Assembly (NCBI GenBank): GCA_964016885.1
Contig: OZ024742.1
Coordinates: 194,494,001-194,558,000, forward strand
Direction: 5' to 3'
DNA length: 64,000 nt
DNA from: Eledone cirrhosa
Lineage: Eukaryota
A program made the position numbers and the translations under genes. Positions 11,175 to 26,130 of the stretch are shown in pieces. Below the pieces are notes generated by a model that worked only from the letters and a program-made list of their open reading frames with translations, ran no database searches and was not told where the DNA came from. Every line of letters begins with the position of its first letter. Position 1 is the first letter of the stretch.

Positions 11175-13825
11175 TGTGTGTATGTGTGTGTATGTGTGTG
11201 GTCTGTGTGTGTGCGTGCGTGTGTTTGTGTGCGTGCGTGCGTGTGTGTGTGTGTGTGTGTATATATCTGTGTATGTATGTGTGTGTAAATTAAGAATCGC
11301 TTTCTGAAGGCCATCTCAGGTTAACATGGTTAAGTAAGGTTATAATGGCACATATTTTTTCATAGAGGAATGAATTCTCCAGGATTAGATCTGTTTCATT
11401 CCTTTGAAATGAAAATATATGACCCAGCATGGCCTCAGACGGATGGCTGGAACAGATAAAGGAGTATAAAAGAATATATATTTACCTAGCCGTACATATG
11501 AGATGTGTTTATAATAAAATATATTCAAATTGAAATGTTTGTGATAATTATAGTAGTATTTTGGATAAATACGAATGGTCGTTTATAGTGTTGGCTATAT
11601 ATATAAATATACTTGCTTTAGCAATACTATATATAGGATATAATTAGGACACGTAAATACTGTTATATATATCTTTTTCTGAACAATGGTACAATAACAC
11701 TGGTAATGATTGGATTATTGATTCTGTTTATGTTTTAATATGACTCTTTTAGGAATCACTTACTCAGGTGTTTATTTTGCTTCCGTCTTATAATGATGCT
11801 ATTGTTCTATAGAAATTGTTTTAAACTCATAATGGATGTGTGTATCTTCTTGTTACTATTGCCACGTCTTGTAATACTGATATGAATTTATCACCAAACA
11901 GGAAATCTGCTCCGAATGCTAGCAACGAAATGGACTTGTTATTGATACTAAATATCTCGATGTTGGTGGGAGATGGGCTTAAATGTGCGACAGCTTATGT
12001 TTAGCATTCAACTAAGCCACAGCGGTATTTAAACTCAGAACAAATAACGCAAGGCATATTATCCAACAATCAACCAAGTCCACCAATCCACTACCAATCT
12101 CCTACATTCCTCTGGTGTTTCATTTTAGGAATAGCGAAAGATGAACAGCAAAATTGAGTTTAACATTATCACATCTGAACTCAGACAAAGCATTAAGTCT
12201 CACACTTATTTACAGCTTTTGGCTGACATATCAGCCATTAATCGCTCGTATACAGGCAACTGACTGGCCTGTCTGTTGATATGCAAATCTAGCGGATCAG
12301 TGTATCTGCTAATATAGTGATTTGACTGATCAGCCAGTCTGGTAATATGCAAATCAGGCTGATCAGTCACTGCATATTTTAGCAAATATATATTTTCACT
12401 AGCTCTGACAGTTGGCAGGTAAAGAGTGAACTGTACTGATGAAGGATGTAACCCAGAAACATTAGTGCCAGCAGTTATTTTTACATGGCAACACAAGATC
12501 AATAATGAGGGTCTCATTCTACCAACATGGCTTTAAAAATGAGGTTTGTTTGCATAATTGCAAGTGAATCGAATATTATTATTAATATTCGAAAAACTCA
12601 GATTATATTTATTCTATTCAGCCATGTAGAGCGAAAATGTATGTATATATATATATAGAGAGAGAGATAGATATAGATAGATAGATGTGAGAGTGCAGGC
12701 GTTCGTATTTGTGTTTCGTAACTTAGGGAATCGATAAACCCTAGGTACTGGAGTCGATATGTGCAACACATAATATCTTTGGGTAGACCAAGGGCTTGTG
12801 AATATAATTTAGTGGACAGAATCTGCTTGGAAGACCGTCGAATAGTCTGTACCTGTAATTCGATGGACCAACCTTATCACACGCTGTTCAATAAATCGAA
12901 AAACTGCAACTATCTTCTTGAAAACCGACGGATGTCTTTTCCATTACTTTAAATCACGTTTATAGTCATTGACTAGATAAGAAATAATCATATTATACAG
13001 TGATAAATAATGCTTAATTTTGTCTCAAAGAAATGAACGTGGAAACTAAAAATAGTGCTTATATGATTACTACATTTCCACGTCTAGCACTGCATAATTA
13101 TACACGTTAATAATTATACCGTTAATAAAGAACATCAGAGAGTAATATACTTTAACTGATATCTCACCTATTTATCTAAACAGTTTTGGTTTGAATAACT
13201 AACAATGTATTTTTTTTAACGTCTGGCTCAGCGTATTTTTAAAATGAAAGAAATTTCATAACTTTATATGTATTAACTGTTAATGCCGTTAAATCCAATT
13301 GTTTTCATGTGTTATGCTAGATTGAGATTGAAAATGCTAAATTATTGAAGAAATATTCTTCATTTATCCTATGTAATCTTAAATAAAACCCTGTCTACTA
13401 TCTTTATATCAAACGAATAAATCATCATGTTAAGTACAAAACATATTTTGTGTTAAGATATGTAGATGTATTTCTTAAAGTGCATTGCTTTCTGAAATAT
13501 TTTAGTCGCATAAATTGATTTTAATTAGCCTGAACACCAACGTTTCTCGTCTGTTTTAAAACATAAAAGACAAAACTATCACAAAAATACATTTATATTC
13601 ACTTTCATTTGTTAGTGATCTATAAGCTTATACGTAAACTAAACTAATCTACAATTGGGTGGGCTACTAAAATGTTATAATGAATTTAATCGCAGCTTAT
13701 TATTTTAACATTTTAACTATATATCTATCATCTACTGATACCGTGTTTAGGTTATCTCATGTCATAGCTACTGGCGACGAAATATATATTAAAAACAACA
13801 TTCTCCTTGAAGGGTTAAACAGATT

Positions 13826-14948
13826 CATCATCATCATCATCATCATCACCGTTTTACGTCCGTTCTTCCACGCTAGCATGGGTTAGACGGGTTGTCCTGT
13901 TGTGTGCAGTGTCTGGTCGGCTGACCATGCCTTGCTCATACAGGAACTGATCTGGCTTGATTTCTACAGCTGGATGCCCTTCCTAACACCAACCTCATTT
14001 ACAGTGAGTGCTGGGTGCTTTTTCGTGGCGCCTACACGTCCACTTTACAGTGTGGGCTGGGTGCTTTTTTGCCATGGCACCTCCACGACCACCTTGCGGT
14101 GGGGGGGGGGGGGCATATTGTTTATATGCTTCAGCATGTACCCATGGGAGGTCGGGTACTCTGTATTACTGCGTGACGCCAGAAGTCACGGTCGTGTGTC
14201 ATTGTCTTTGAGAGGTGTAGTTGGGTAAGGTCGGCTTTTATCACCTCATCCCAGGTCATCTTGGGTCTCCCCACTCCGCGGTTTCCATCAACTTCTAGTG
14301 CTCTGCACCTTTTTATGCAGCTGTCATCCTTCATACGCATCACATGTCCATACCAGCGCAACCGCCTCTCCTGCACACAGCATTTGATTCCTCTTATGCT
14401 CAGTCTCTCTCTCAATTCATTTATGCTTTGTCGTTCACGTATATTACTGTTACACATCCATCGGAGCATGCAGGCTTCGTTTCTCTCTAATCTACGTAAG
14501 TCTTCCACCTTCAGCGCCCAGGTCTCACTACCATGCAACATCGCTGTTCGGATACACGCATCATACAGTCTGCCTTTCATTCTGAGGGAGAAGCCTTTTG
14601 CAGCTAGTAGTGGTAGTAGTTCCCTAAACTTCTTCCATCCCGTTCTTACCCTAGTTATTGTACTTTCTGAACACCCACCTCCGTTGCTAATTCGGTCACC
14701 TAGGTAGCAGAAGCTGTCTACTGTTTCTACAGGGCCCTCCCAGAGATTGGTGGTACTTGTTTCCTGTGGCTGTTTGCTGCTTGCTGTTTCAGCACAGCTG
14801 CTGCATGTGAATCCTACATTCTTAATTAAGCTTCCTGAGATCCCGCTACATCTCTTGTGTACCCATTGTTTGCATTTGGGGTAGAGAATGGAGTTCCTAC
14901 CTACACCTTTCCTACATACTGAGCAAGGCCATTTCCCTGAGGGGATTG
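13826..14948 (-). mobile_element. RTE-clade LINE 3' fragment with (GAT)n tail
   Basis: KGRLYDACIRTAMLHGSETW...ERRLRWYGHVMR...GRPKMTW; GKWPCSVC Cys motif; (ATC)n at 13826-13848. Confidence 0.88.
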
Positions 14949-15689
14949 TAAATAATAATATTCTTTCTTGATATGGTACACATACACGACATATAGTTTT
15001 TCATGGGGAAAAAACAAGTGCAGTACGATTATTAAATACTAAATGAATTCTACTATCTACTTTCAATTCATAAATCGACAGGCAAAAAAATAGAGTTTGG
15101 CAGATATAAACCAATGAATCGGTGTAATCTCTCTTTTTCTTCCATGTTTATATTAACTAGCAGAAAAACCGCCCCGGGCGATTTTCTGCTAGCATATATA
15201 GTGTGCATATTGATATACGCAAATAAATATACACATAGATACGATACATAAATTGACAATATGCACATAAACTGAACAAAGACTGTGTTACACTTACTCC
15301 TGTAATCAGTAAAGTAATCCATGATACATTTAAAAAAAAGCGATAACGGAGATGGAAAAGCGATGAAACCGTTGACGAAAGATGTTCATGTATCTGCATT
15401 TGAGAATGTCGATGGGAATCTTCAATCAGTGAATTTGAAAGTAGATGCTGCTGGTATGAATGAATGAATTACATTTACCAATATGAAGAGTTGACCTTCG
15501 CTATATTTTTGTTTTACTGTATTCACATATAGACTTCTTAAGTTTTTGTAGGGTCTCTTTTCTAGCAGTTAAAAAGAAACTGAAATGCATTTCAACTAAA
15601 TGAGAGTGATAGCTGTTTCACATCACTATAGAATTTCTTTGTAGACACAGTTGTCAGCAAACAGACCCCTTTCAGTTAATATTTTTTAT

Positions 15690-18600
15690 ATATTTTCTTT
15701 TTTGTAACTCGTGATAATGCAACATACATTTGACCATGTGAAAAGAATTTTGTTTATAGATATAAACCTATCTTTTCAAATGTCTTCCCTTGTGCGTTGT
15801 TGCATGTAAGGGCAAAGGCTGGTTTGACAGGAAATTGCTTGCGAGTAAAGGTGAAAAGGAACCCAAGCTCTTGAGATACATGTAGTATCCTTAGGATTAG
15901 TAACCTTGTTCCGGCATTGGGAGCCAATGCCACTTCAGCTTCAATTACATGATTATGTAAACTGATCATGATGTAGCGTGTACCATTGCAAAGCCCGTTT
16001 AGAAGATCCAGATTTCTCAGAAGCATGGTGCAACTGCCTTTCTTCAATTTAAGTATGTGTGTTGGGAAGCCTGATGGGGTAAGTTTGTTGATGAACTCAA
16101 CTGGATATTGCAGTTCATTATCTACTGTACCAGAGCTTCTGTAGATTATTGCATCACCAGGGAACTTCTTGACCTTCAACTCATTCACCAATCTTGTTGC
16201 ATCATTTGTTGGAGTGATAATGGCTCTATTTGCAAGCCATAGTGGGTTTCTGTAGTTTCCTGAAAGATTTGTATACACAAAATCACACAGTCCAGACAAA
16301 GTTCATTTGGCAGAAGAATTGTGAATTTTGGAACAGTTGGAATGTTACCATTTCCCACATCAAGAAGGTAGTTTGAAAACTGTCTTTCATCAGAATCCTC
16401 TGTATTAATTAACCGTTGATTTGTTGTTATCTCCATGATTTCCACATAGTCCCAGAGATAGGATCTCTTGATGGTTTCCTCAACTATTTGTGGTCTAGCA
16501 CCATGAGGTACAACTGGAAGAATTTGCTTCCAGTCACCAGATAATATTGTTAGACCACCAAATTGCTTTTTGAAATCTCGAACATCTTTGAAGCTCCTGT
16601 CAAGGTATTCAAAGATATGCTTATGTCCCATACCTATCTCATCAATGATTTGCAGTTTAGCTTTCTGCATAAGTTTACCTGTGTCATCCCTATTTGTGAA
16701 GAAGCAAGTTTATTCAGCAGTCACATTGAGATGAATCTTGCACTTGGAATGAAGTGATCTACCTTTGTGAAGCAAAGTGGCTGCTATTCTAGATATGGCA
16801 GTGGCAAGTGCAATTTATTTTAGACCGGAGGTAATACAATAGGATGTTTATGACATAGGTATTTCCAGTACCTCCACTTGCATTCAAGCAGAAAATTCTG
16901 CCTTCAATTTCATTTACAGAGGTGATTACTTTGTGAAAAATAACCAGTTGCTCAGGATTCAATGTTGACAGAAGTTAATTTATGTTTGCTTGCAGTTGGT
17001 GTGTATTGAAATCAGTTTCTGCTATAAGAACCCTGTTGATTTCTGGTATGGAAACAATAGTTGTATCTGGCCGAGGAAGTCCGTAGTTGGCATGAATGTC
17101 CAAGCCATTATGTTGAAGTCTTTGTTGGATCTTCTGTAGAACAATCTGCACGGGTTGCATGGACATGACTTGCTCACGAGGTTCATGCATGATATCCTCT
17201 GCAAGACAATTCTTCCATTTCTCCAAGAACTGCAGAGGGTCATTTGGCATGCAGTACAATAAAACGGTGCAGAAGATCTCTCCCAGCTGAAGAACAAGCG
17301 TAATAGATGAGGCCTCTTCCATAGCTTTGTATTTTTCTCCATCTTCATCTAACAGACCAAGTTTCCTGCATGCTTCTTTGAATGTTGGAAATACAACTCC
17401 TCCAATTGTCCTCAATTCTTTATATTAAGTTGACCCAACCTTGTGATGTAGGATCATTCTGAGGTAATATAATTCAAATTGATGTCTACTGAGAGATACT
17501 GTTGGAATGCGTCCAAGAGATTCACTCATAAATTGTTGATCACCATCCAGATGTCCCTTTTTTCTTCTTTGCCACTTTTTTTTGCCCAAGTGAAATATTT
17601 AGGAATATCAATATACAATATGTTTTGTGCCAGTGGATCTCTAATATTCAGTTGAAAATATTCCGTCAACTTAGTCATTGGCTGTCCCCTAGAAACAACA
17701 CTTTCTTCCTGCTCTCGCTCATACACGACCATTTGTTCCCCAGGTAAATGGCAAGGCAACTTTTCAACTGGCGGTTTTCGATGATGTAATGGAAATTTAT
17801 AGATTCTCCAGAATGCTTTACTGGCTGAGATGTACTGTGCATTGATATAGGTCTCAATCTCATTTTGGCCCTGGACACAATTTCCTTGATCATCCTTAAT
17901 AGTGAAAATGTTATTTTCTGATCCGTTCGTGATGTACTTATATAAATACTTAACAGCTTTGACACTGTGGACAACCTAATTGATGTGGCACTGATATCTC
18001 AATGAGAGGAAAGTGTTGTATGGAACAATCCAACGATTATCAACAGTAAATTATTGACCTTTAAGTTGGATTGTATGGGTGTGACCACCATACTGTCTAT
18101 CCCTTCTTCTATACCCCGGAAAGGAATTTTCGGCACCAAATGTGGTTTGTCTGAATGACTTGGGATAACATTTTGAGCAATGGCGTTTTTGTGCTAGCCC
18201 TTCCATACATGGGCACATCATGTTAGCTTGTCCACATGGGCCATGAATGTTGCAGGATGTTATGATCTTATGCAGAATTGGATTGGTCTCTTTATCAGGA
18301 ATCTCACAGTACACTACCTGATCAATGGCATCAGCAGTTTTGGGTTTGCTATCTTCAGCCATTATCAGCAGAATATGAGCATGCGTGAGGCCTGGTTTCT
18401 GCGACTCTATGGTAGCAGAATGAGCCACAACCTTTCCTAGTATGTCATCCATGAGGCTGTCATACTTGATCTTGAAGACTCTTGCACAAATATCAGGACG
18501 GCCTCTAAGTTCTTCACCATGGTGTAAACTATTTTTTATTTCATCCCAGTTAGAGTTAGTTGTTATCATGATGAAATAAGATGGTTTTCCCATGTGTCGA

Positions 18601-19620
18601 ACCACATTCATCGAATTCTGAAAGCACTCACTGTAGTAGCGGAGTGAACCATAGATTGAAGGAGGAAGAACAATTCTCCGGCTTGCATTTACTGAATCTC
18701 CTTCAGCCGCAGCATCATACAAACCCTCATACTTTTCAGCTCGTATCATGGTTTGATTGTTGCGGGCCCATTTGATGCGACAATGTTCTATTTTTGGCTG
18801 GGCATCTACAGCATATTGCTGCATCAGCCGCCTGTTCTTCATGATAATGTTACAGTCACCTTGCCTAACCTGAAACCGATAACAGTAGAAATCAGTGGGT
18901 GTGAGTGTGTGGTTGTTGTCACTCCTTTTCAAACCAACCTGAAACCCATAATTCCCCCAAGGAAACAGTAGCACATAATGCAGAGGATCATAAGAACGGC
19001 GCAACTGATGAATCCTCTGAAGACCATCATCTCTTTTATGAATGATGACATCCAAAAGACCTAATGCTGTATCAGGTTGAATAACAGCCATCTCAGATGC
19101 AAAGGGGAAGATTATATGTGCGACAATGAAAATCAGTGGGTTTTACTTTGTCAGCATGTAGGGCAATAATCACATTTTCAGAGACTGACATTTCAATGAC
19201 TGACTTGAAGCTTCTTATATATGTATTGCAGTAGTGCAAGTCTTCTTGCAGGTCCTGAAGGACAGCATCATCTAAATTAGCATGATCCAAGCGATTCTGA
19301 AGCTCCTAATACATCATAGAAGCAAAGCTGCGCAAACTTGTGTGAAGCATCACTTGGAAGTAGTGATCCAATAATGTGACCAATCTTACCTTGGATCTTA
19401 AATGTGGAACCAAATCCTGGTGCTTTAATCTCTTTGCAACCAATTGAAGCTAAGGCAAGCACATTGTTATATGCCCGTATCTTATGGGGAAAAGAATTTC
19501 CTGCTTGAGTGATATCGAAATATTTCGGTATATTTGGTGGAGGAGGAAGTTGAGGGAGTTTCACTTTTCCATGGAAGCAGCGCAGAGATGTGGGTTCATG
19601 CGGCTAGCTATAAGCTTTGC
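15690..19620 (-). pseudogene. Helitron RepHel (HUH replication initiator plus Pif1-like SF1 helicase), many frameshifts
   Basis: IRAYNNVLALAS, YDPLHYVLLFP, FIMITTNSNWDEI, IESQKPGLTHAHILL, IIDEIGM, FGG...SGDWKQILPV, LCNGTR, QFPVKPAFALTCNNAQGKT. Confidence 0.92.
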
Positions 19621-21594
19621 AGTGCGGACAAACAGGGGCAAAGAGACTCCCTGCATTATGTTGTGGTATTATGGAAAGAACAGTTTGCTCTTGGAAAGGT
19701 TAATCTGTAGGATTCTTTGCCAGACCTTCAATTGATCTGTTCCTTCCTCTCTGAACGTTTGGTGTATTTGTTGCAAGTTGTTTTTGGTGTGTTAACTGAA
19801 TTACATTTGTAGAAAATTGTTTGGATGTTGTAGAGCGATTATTGTTTCATTGATTTGCCCTATTCTTTCTGTGTCGTACGTCTGCTGCTATGCGTTGGGA
19901 TTTAGATGAGAAATGTTTTCTGCATCCTATATTCACTCTCTGTCATGTATGTATAAATATATATTATCTCTACGGTGAAATCTTAGAAATAAATTTATGT
20001 TAAAATAAATATAAATAAATATAAATATATATATATATATGCAGAGGTTATATTTAATTTGTTGAGATTCAACAGGCTTAAAACTGATATAATTTGAGGA
20101 ACAATTTATTCAGTTCTTGCAAACATCTTTTAAATTCAACTTTTAAATATATATATAAAATGTAATATACGACTTATATCTTTTACATAATGTCTTCTAT
20201 ATCCATATATGATTCATATACTTAATTTATTTTCTATTATCTCTACTTCACATATATATTATTACACCTATCTATAGATTATAAAATTCCTTTTATGACT
20301 GCTTGAAATTACTTTAAGGAAAATTTTTTCTTGAAAAACTTACGGAAGGGTTTAAGAAAATCTTTTGAAAATTCCTTTGAAAGATATAGAAAAACTATAT
20401 TTTTATATTCTTAAATTTTCAAATGTTTTTAATATATATATCCAAATGTTTATATATATGTGGAAAAACATGTTTTTTTAAATATATATGTGGAGTAACC
20501 TATGGTTTATGCTTTAAATATATTCTTAAGAAATTTTTTAATGTTTTAACTTTATAGCAAGTAAATTTATGACTTCGTATAAAATAACATAAGGTTCATG
20601 TTCTAATTATATTCTTAAGATAGAAAATTTAAGGTCTTAACTTTATAGCATTTATTCCTTAGTCATCTGAGTTCTTAAAAAATCACTTATAACTTCCTTT
20701 ACCCTCCCTTACTGTTTTTTTATAATATAATTAAGTGGTTATTCTTTTGTAAACTCTCGACAATTTTCCATAAATTTAGAATTATTTGGATATTTTTAAT
20801 TTTTGACTTACAACTTTTAATAAAATAAACTATACTAGATTTGCTCTAATGTAAAATAATATATATATTTTTTAATAATTTATAATCCTTAACATATACA
20901 TTTGAACTAATTATTAAATTATTAAATTAAATATTTAATCTAATTTTTCAACCTATCATTATAAATATTATAATCAAAACATAACGAATCCTGCATTATA
21001 AATATTATTCCTCCACGCTAATCTCATTTCTTCTTTTCTTCATTTCGCCTCTCACGTAAATATAATATCTTCTCTCACATAAAAATATACTTACGTTCTT
21101 CTCTTCACACTATTTTCATTGTCAAAAAATATATATAATCGCTCCTTCTTTTTTTCTTTTTTTCTCTCCCTCATATATCACCTTCTTCCAACTGTTTAAT
21201 TTAAATAAACCGTTATCTTTTCAACCTTTCGGACACTTATTTGCATACTCAATCATAATTTTCTATCACCCTCAATAAATGTAATATCTCCACTATCCAG
21301 GAAGCTCCAACCGTTAGGGTTGTCATTTTTCAGGGTATGTCAATATTTATTTATAAAACAAATCTGTATTGTATTTTATCTGATCAAAGCGCACCATAAT
21401 ATGCATTGGAGGCTCTTGAAATATGTATAAAAAAATAAATATGGTTTTATAAATATAGTTTCCATTTGTGTATATATATATATATAGCTGAAACGGAAAA
21501 AAGAAATCTTTGAAATAAATGTATGTTTGAAATATGTATTATCGTCTGCTATTCGAGCACCAGAGAGAGAGTAGTAAAATCGCGTATCAAAACA

Positions 21595-21677
<83 letters not shown>

Positions 21678-22111
21678 ACAGTCACTCCTCATTTATATAC
21701 TCACACATACAATCTCTCGTTCTCGCTCTAGCAATTTCATGAAATCAAAGAACAACAGCATACACACATGCACGCACATACACAACAGCGTGTTGAAAAA
21801 AATCCAAATCGCTTCATCTTTCTCCTTCACTCTCTCCCTCTATAATATAAATATACCGGAAGTGTTGAAATATATGTTTAATCATGTGTTACGAATTTTA
21901 GTAGGTAAATTATGTAATATTCATGTATTATGTATTCAAAGTAAGACAACTTATTTTACAAACGAGATAAACGATTATATTCTGGATGCAGTCCTGCACT
22001 CCTTGCTTTATTATAGTTTAGATTATATTTGTTAGTATTTTCGTTCTGTAACCATTACATTAAATGAGTTTTAAAAAAAGTGTTCATAAATAAATAAAAC
22101 GTTATACTTGA

Positions 22112-22460
22112 TTTACCCTCCCATTCCCAATTAAACCGAGCGCTATCATGACTGTATGTGTGTGTTTGTGTAAATGTATATGTATGAATGTATGTATGTT
22201 TGTGTAAATGTATATGTCTGAATGTATGTATATTTGTGTGAAAGTATGTGTGAATGTGTGTGTTTGTGAATGTATGTATATTTGTGTGAATGTATGTATA
22301 TTTGTGTGAAAGTATACCCTCCCATCTCCACTTAAACCGAACGCAATCATGACTGTATGTGTGTGTTTGTGTAAATGTATATGTGTGAATGTATGTATGT
22401 TTGTGTGAAAGTATGTATGAATGTATGTATATTTGTGTGAATGTGTGTGTGTGAATTATG
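22112..22460. repeat. ~200-bp duplicated unit containing a 20-bp minisatellite (GTGTGAATGTATGTATATTT)
   Basis: TACCCTCCCAT...TTAAACCGA...ATCATGACTGTATG occurs twice, with internal 20-mer repeats. Confidence 0.8.
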
Positions 22461-23044
22461 TCCGTGAGAGTGTATTTTTATAAGTTTGTGTTTGCTCGAT
22501 TATATAGTTATATACTCATAATAGTTACATACTCATACATATAGATATATGTATGTGCAAAATCATACGAGTCAGGTGTATAAAATCATAATCTCTCTAT
22601 CTCTCTCATCACAAACTCTCTCTTTCTATATATATGGTAGTTGAAATGGTGGTGGTGGCGACAATTTAAAATTATTTATTTTTACGAAATTGTTTTTGTT
22701 TACAAAATTGAGAAGATAAATTATGTAATATTCATTCATTATTTATTCAAAGTAATCCAACTTATTTTACAAACGGGATAAAAAAAAATAAACCGTACGC
22801 AATCCCGCAGACCTTCCTTTATTATAGTTTAGATTATATCAATTACGATGATTTATACGTTGTTGGATCTCAGTAGCTTCCAATGACGTGTGTACCAATT
22901 AATTCGATCAATCGAACTACTTGGCTGTGGAATTAACGAGTAAGTTCCTAAGCATTCCACAGGCACGTGCACCCATAACCATTCACTGTGTCACAATGTG
23001 TGATACGTACATCCCATTTTTGCCAACTGGAGCAACGTATCATA

Positions 23045-23149
<105 letters not shown>

Positions 23150-23422
23150 ACTAGAAATTGATTGACATATATATATCTAAAATAAGCATATGAAACAATC
23201 ATAGGGGATAATTTGTAAAGTGTGTAAGCGCACACACTTCTAGGTAGGTAACTAATTAAAGTTCAGCTAGAACTTCAAATATAGATACCTAAAATGATTA
23301 ATGTTCCTTGTATATATTTGATTAAAGAAATATATTTCACCATCAATCTACAGTGGATATGGCGCGTGTCTCTGGGACATGACACCCTTAATTTAATTTT
23401 ATATATATATATATATATATAT

Positions 23423-23858
23423 TTCGTTTCTGAATTTGTTTAGCAAGATTCTTTATCTGAAAACGTGTGTTGAAACCGATATTGTTATGCTTTGGGAGGG
23501 TCATGTTGCCAATAAGAAACACACGCATCAGTCGCTTTCACTTCAATTTATTATAAATTTAAGAATTTATAAAATTCCGGTTGGTTGGTTGGTTCCACAA
23601 CCAGACGATTGTTAATATATTGTCAAAGTTATTTTGTCACACATTCTGAGAGGCACAAAAACAAAGAAAAGAATCCCCAGTCACTGTAGAGGTCACGAAA
23701 GAACTTTGACAATATATGAACAATCGTCTGGTTGTGGAACTAACCAACCCACCGGAAATGTATAAATTCTTAAATTTATGAATTTAATTTATAATAAATT
23801 GAAGTGAAAGCAACTGGTGCGAGTCTTTCTTATTGGCAACATGACCCTCCCAAAGCAT

Positions 23859-23865
<7 letters not shown>
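23423..23865. mobile_element. Inverted pair of pseudo-LTR fragments of the Penelope family at 9436-10206
   Basis: 23423-23640 is the reverse complement of ~9975-10206; 23648-23865 is a forward match to ~9920-10150. Flanked by (TA)n. Confidence 0.85.
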
Positions 23866-23951
<86 letters not shown>

Positions 23952-25184
23952 AATATGTATATATAATCTCTGTGTGTTTTGTATACCTCAAATATTTACC
24001 TTTTCACATAAGTTTTTACGTTATAAAACGGTAAATGATACAACACTGATTCACATTTAGGGCATTGGTGATTCTCGAGTCATTTTCATTGTCTCAATAT
24101 ACTATCATGTTTATCAGCACTTATCAAACGACATTCAAGAGAACCCACTGAATTGGTATAGGTTCTGCAGTCATGTGGATGGACATAATTGGTGAAGAGT
24201 CGAATAAAATACATTTGTGGTATGTCTAGAGAATCTTTAAATTTATATCATGCTTTAGATCAACTTTGCCTTTCATTCATCCAGGGGCAAGAAAATAAAG
24301 TACCAGTGTAGTACAAGTACAAGCGTTGATTGAATCAACTTAGCCTTCTCCCAGACGTGCCGGCCTAATCAAAGAAAGGTACACTCAGACTAGTGACCCT
24401 GCTTTCCTGCTTGCTACAATTTGAGCTTCGTTAAAGACACAAAAAGTGGAGGTGGTGATCTTAAAGGGAATGGGGAATAGAATATACTACTCAATGAAAG
24501 AGGCACTCCCTCTGATTGACGTACATGGAGAATTCAACTACAGTTCATGGTCAAGTATTTCGGAGAGAAAATGCTAGAATCGAAAACAGTTGATCATGGT
24601 TACTGGCAATGGGATCGAACGTTAAACCGCGAATTTCTTAACCACTGAGCTATACTATTATCATATGATATTACATCGCAGTGATTAAATAAAATAATAA
24701 AACTGACACGTTATTGAATTAAAACTGACACGATTGAATGAAAATATTGATATCAATTTAGTTTCTTAATTCTTTATGAGCACATTGTATCTATTAACAC
24801 CCAAGCTCTTTCTTGAGTGTTTTCCTTTCAAATACCACAGCAATTACCTGTCACCCCCACCACCACCACATATCTCCCTTGCAGCAATTTTGACATTTTA
24901 TTGTTTGCTATTTTTTTACTTTTTATGAATCGTAAATCATGGAAAGAATATAGAAAATAGCATAGGTTATCGACCTTAATAGTTATTTTAACAATCAATC
25001 CATCAATTTTATTCAAGAATTAGTTGGATAGTTAGCGATATAATGAAAACAGAAACCACAAGCTTGAGAAGCTTTCAGCATTTTCCCGTATCACAAAGAA
25101 CTTCGAACCAAGTAAAAGAAAGATTTCTTCGTCTGTAATCAATTTCCTTTTTTTTTTATTTCAATAAACAATGCGAGGACTCAA

Positions 25185-25520
25185 TATGGTTCAGTGGTTA
25201 CGACTTTCGCTTCGAAAATCATACAGTCTTGAGTTCCATTTCAATGCATGGCATGTTGTGCAGCTGTCAATAATCATAGAGTTGGGTCGACAAATTCCTT
25301 GAGGAGATGGAGGCTGTTTGGAAGCCCGTTAGATGGCGATTAACTTTATTCAAAATTATCATACATTGTGTCACGCTGAATATCTTTGAGAATTACGCTA
25401 AATGTACACATGGCTATAAAATGCGCAGCCACTTACGCGTCAATTTCATGACCGGGATGTTCCATTGATCAAACAAATAGAACGTCCATTGTCAAAACTG
25501 ACGGAAGACCGTTCCATTCA
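25185..25520 (+). mobile_element. Old tRNA-derived SINE (second family)
   Basis: A-box-like TGGTTCAGTGGTTA and B-box-like GAGTTCCATT. Related pieces at ~12770-12935 (+), ~22880-23010 (-) and ~32815-32930 (-). Confidence 0.45.
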
Positions 25521-25929
25521 TAAGCAGCCACGCATTTTAATGTGAATTCATTTTATCGATTAATCTTTCATTTTTGTCAGTTAAGTCAATAGACTCAATT
25601 TAAAATTGATCGATTTACAATAATTGAAAGATAGCAATTGCATTGGATTATTATGGTTTTCTGAAGTATTTTCTTGAGAATGAAAATATAAATTTGATAA
25701 AAATAATTGCCTTAATTTTTTTAAAATTCAATTTTTTTGTTGGTTTTGTGTAAATATAAATGGCGTCATTTTCAGTGGCCATTTCTGTAACATTGTTGCA
25801 GGTGAGCTTGTTATGCTGTTTTTAATTTAATTAGATTTGGAAATAAAAGTCTATCAATTAATCAGAGCTTTTCTTTTTTTTCACTCACTCTTCATCGGTC
25901 TATCTTTACTTCTCTCTCTCTCTCTGTCC

Positions 25930-25984
<55 letters not shown>

Positions 25985-26076
25985 CCCACACACACATGCA
26001 CTCACAAAAACAGACACACTCACAGACACACAGACACACACACATATATATATATACACACACACATAGACACACA

Positions 26077-26130
<54 letters not shown>

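Larger units (their letters stand above)
15157..22833 (-). mobile_element. Helitron, decayed but with both termini
   Basis: 5' A|TCTAAACTATAATAAAG at 22833 (repeated at 22022); 3' GC-rich hairpin plus CTAG|T at 15157; Rep and Pif1 helicase fragments in between. Confidence 0.85.
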
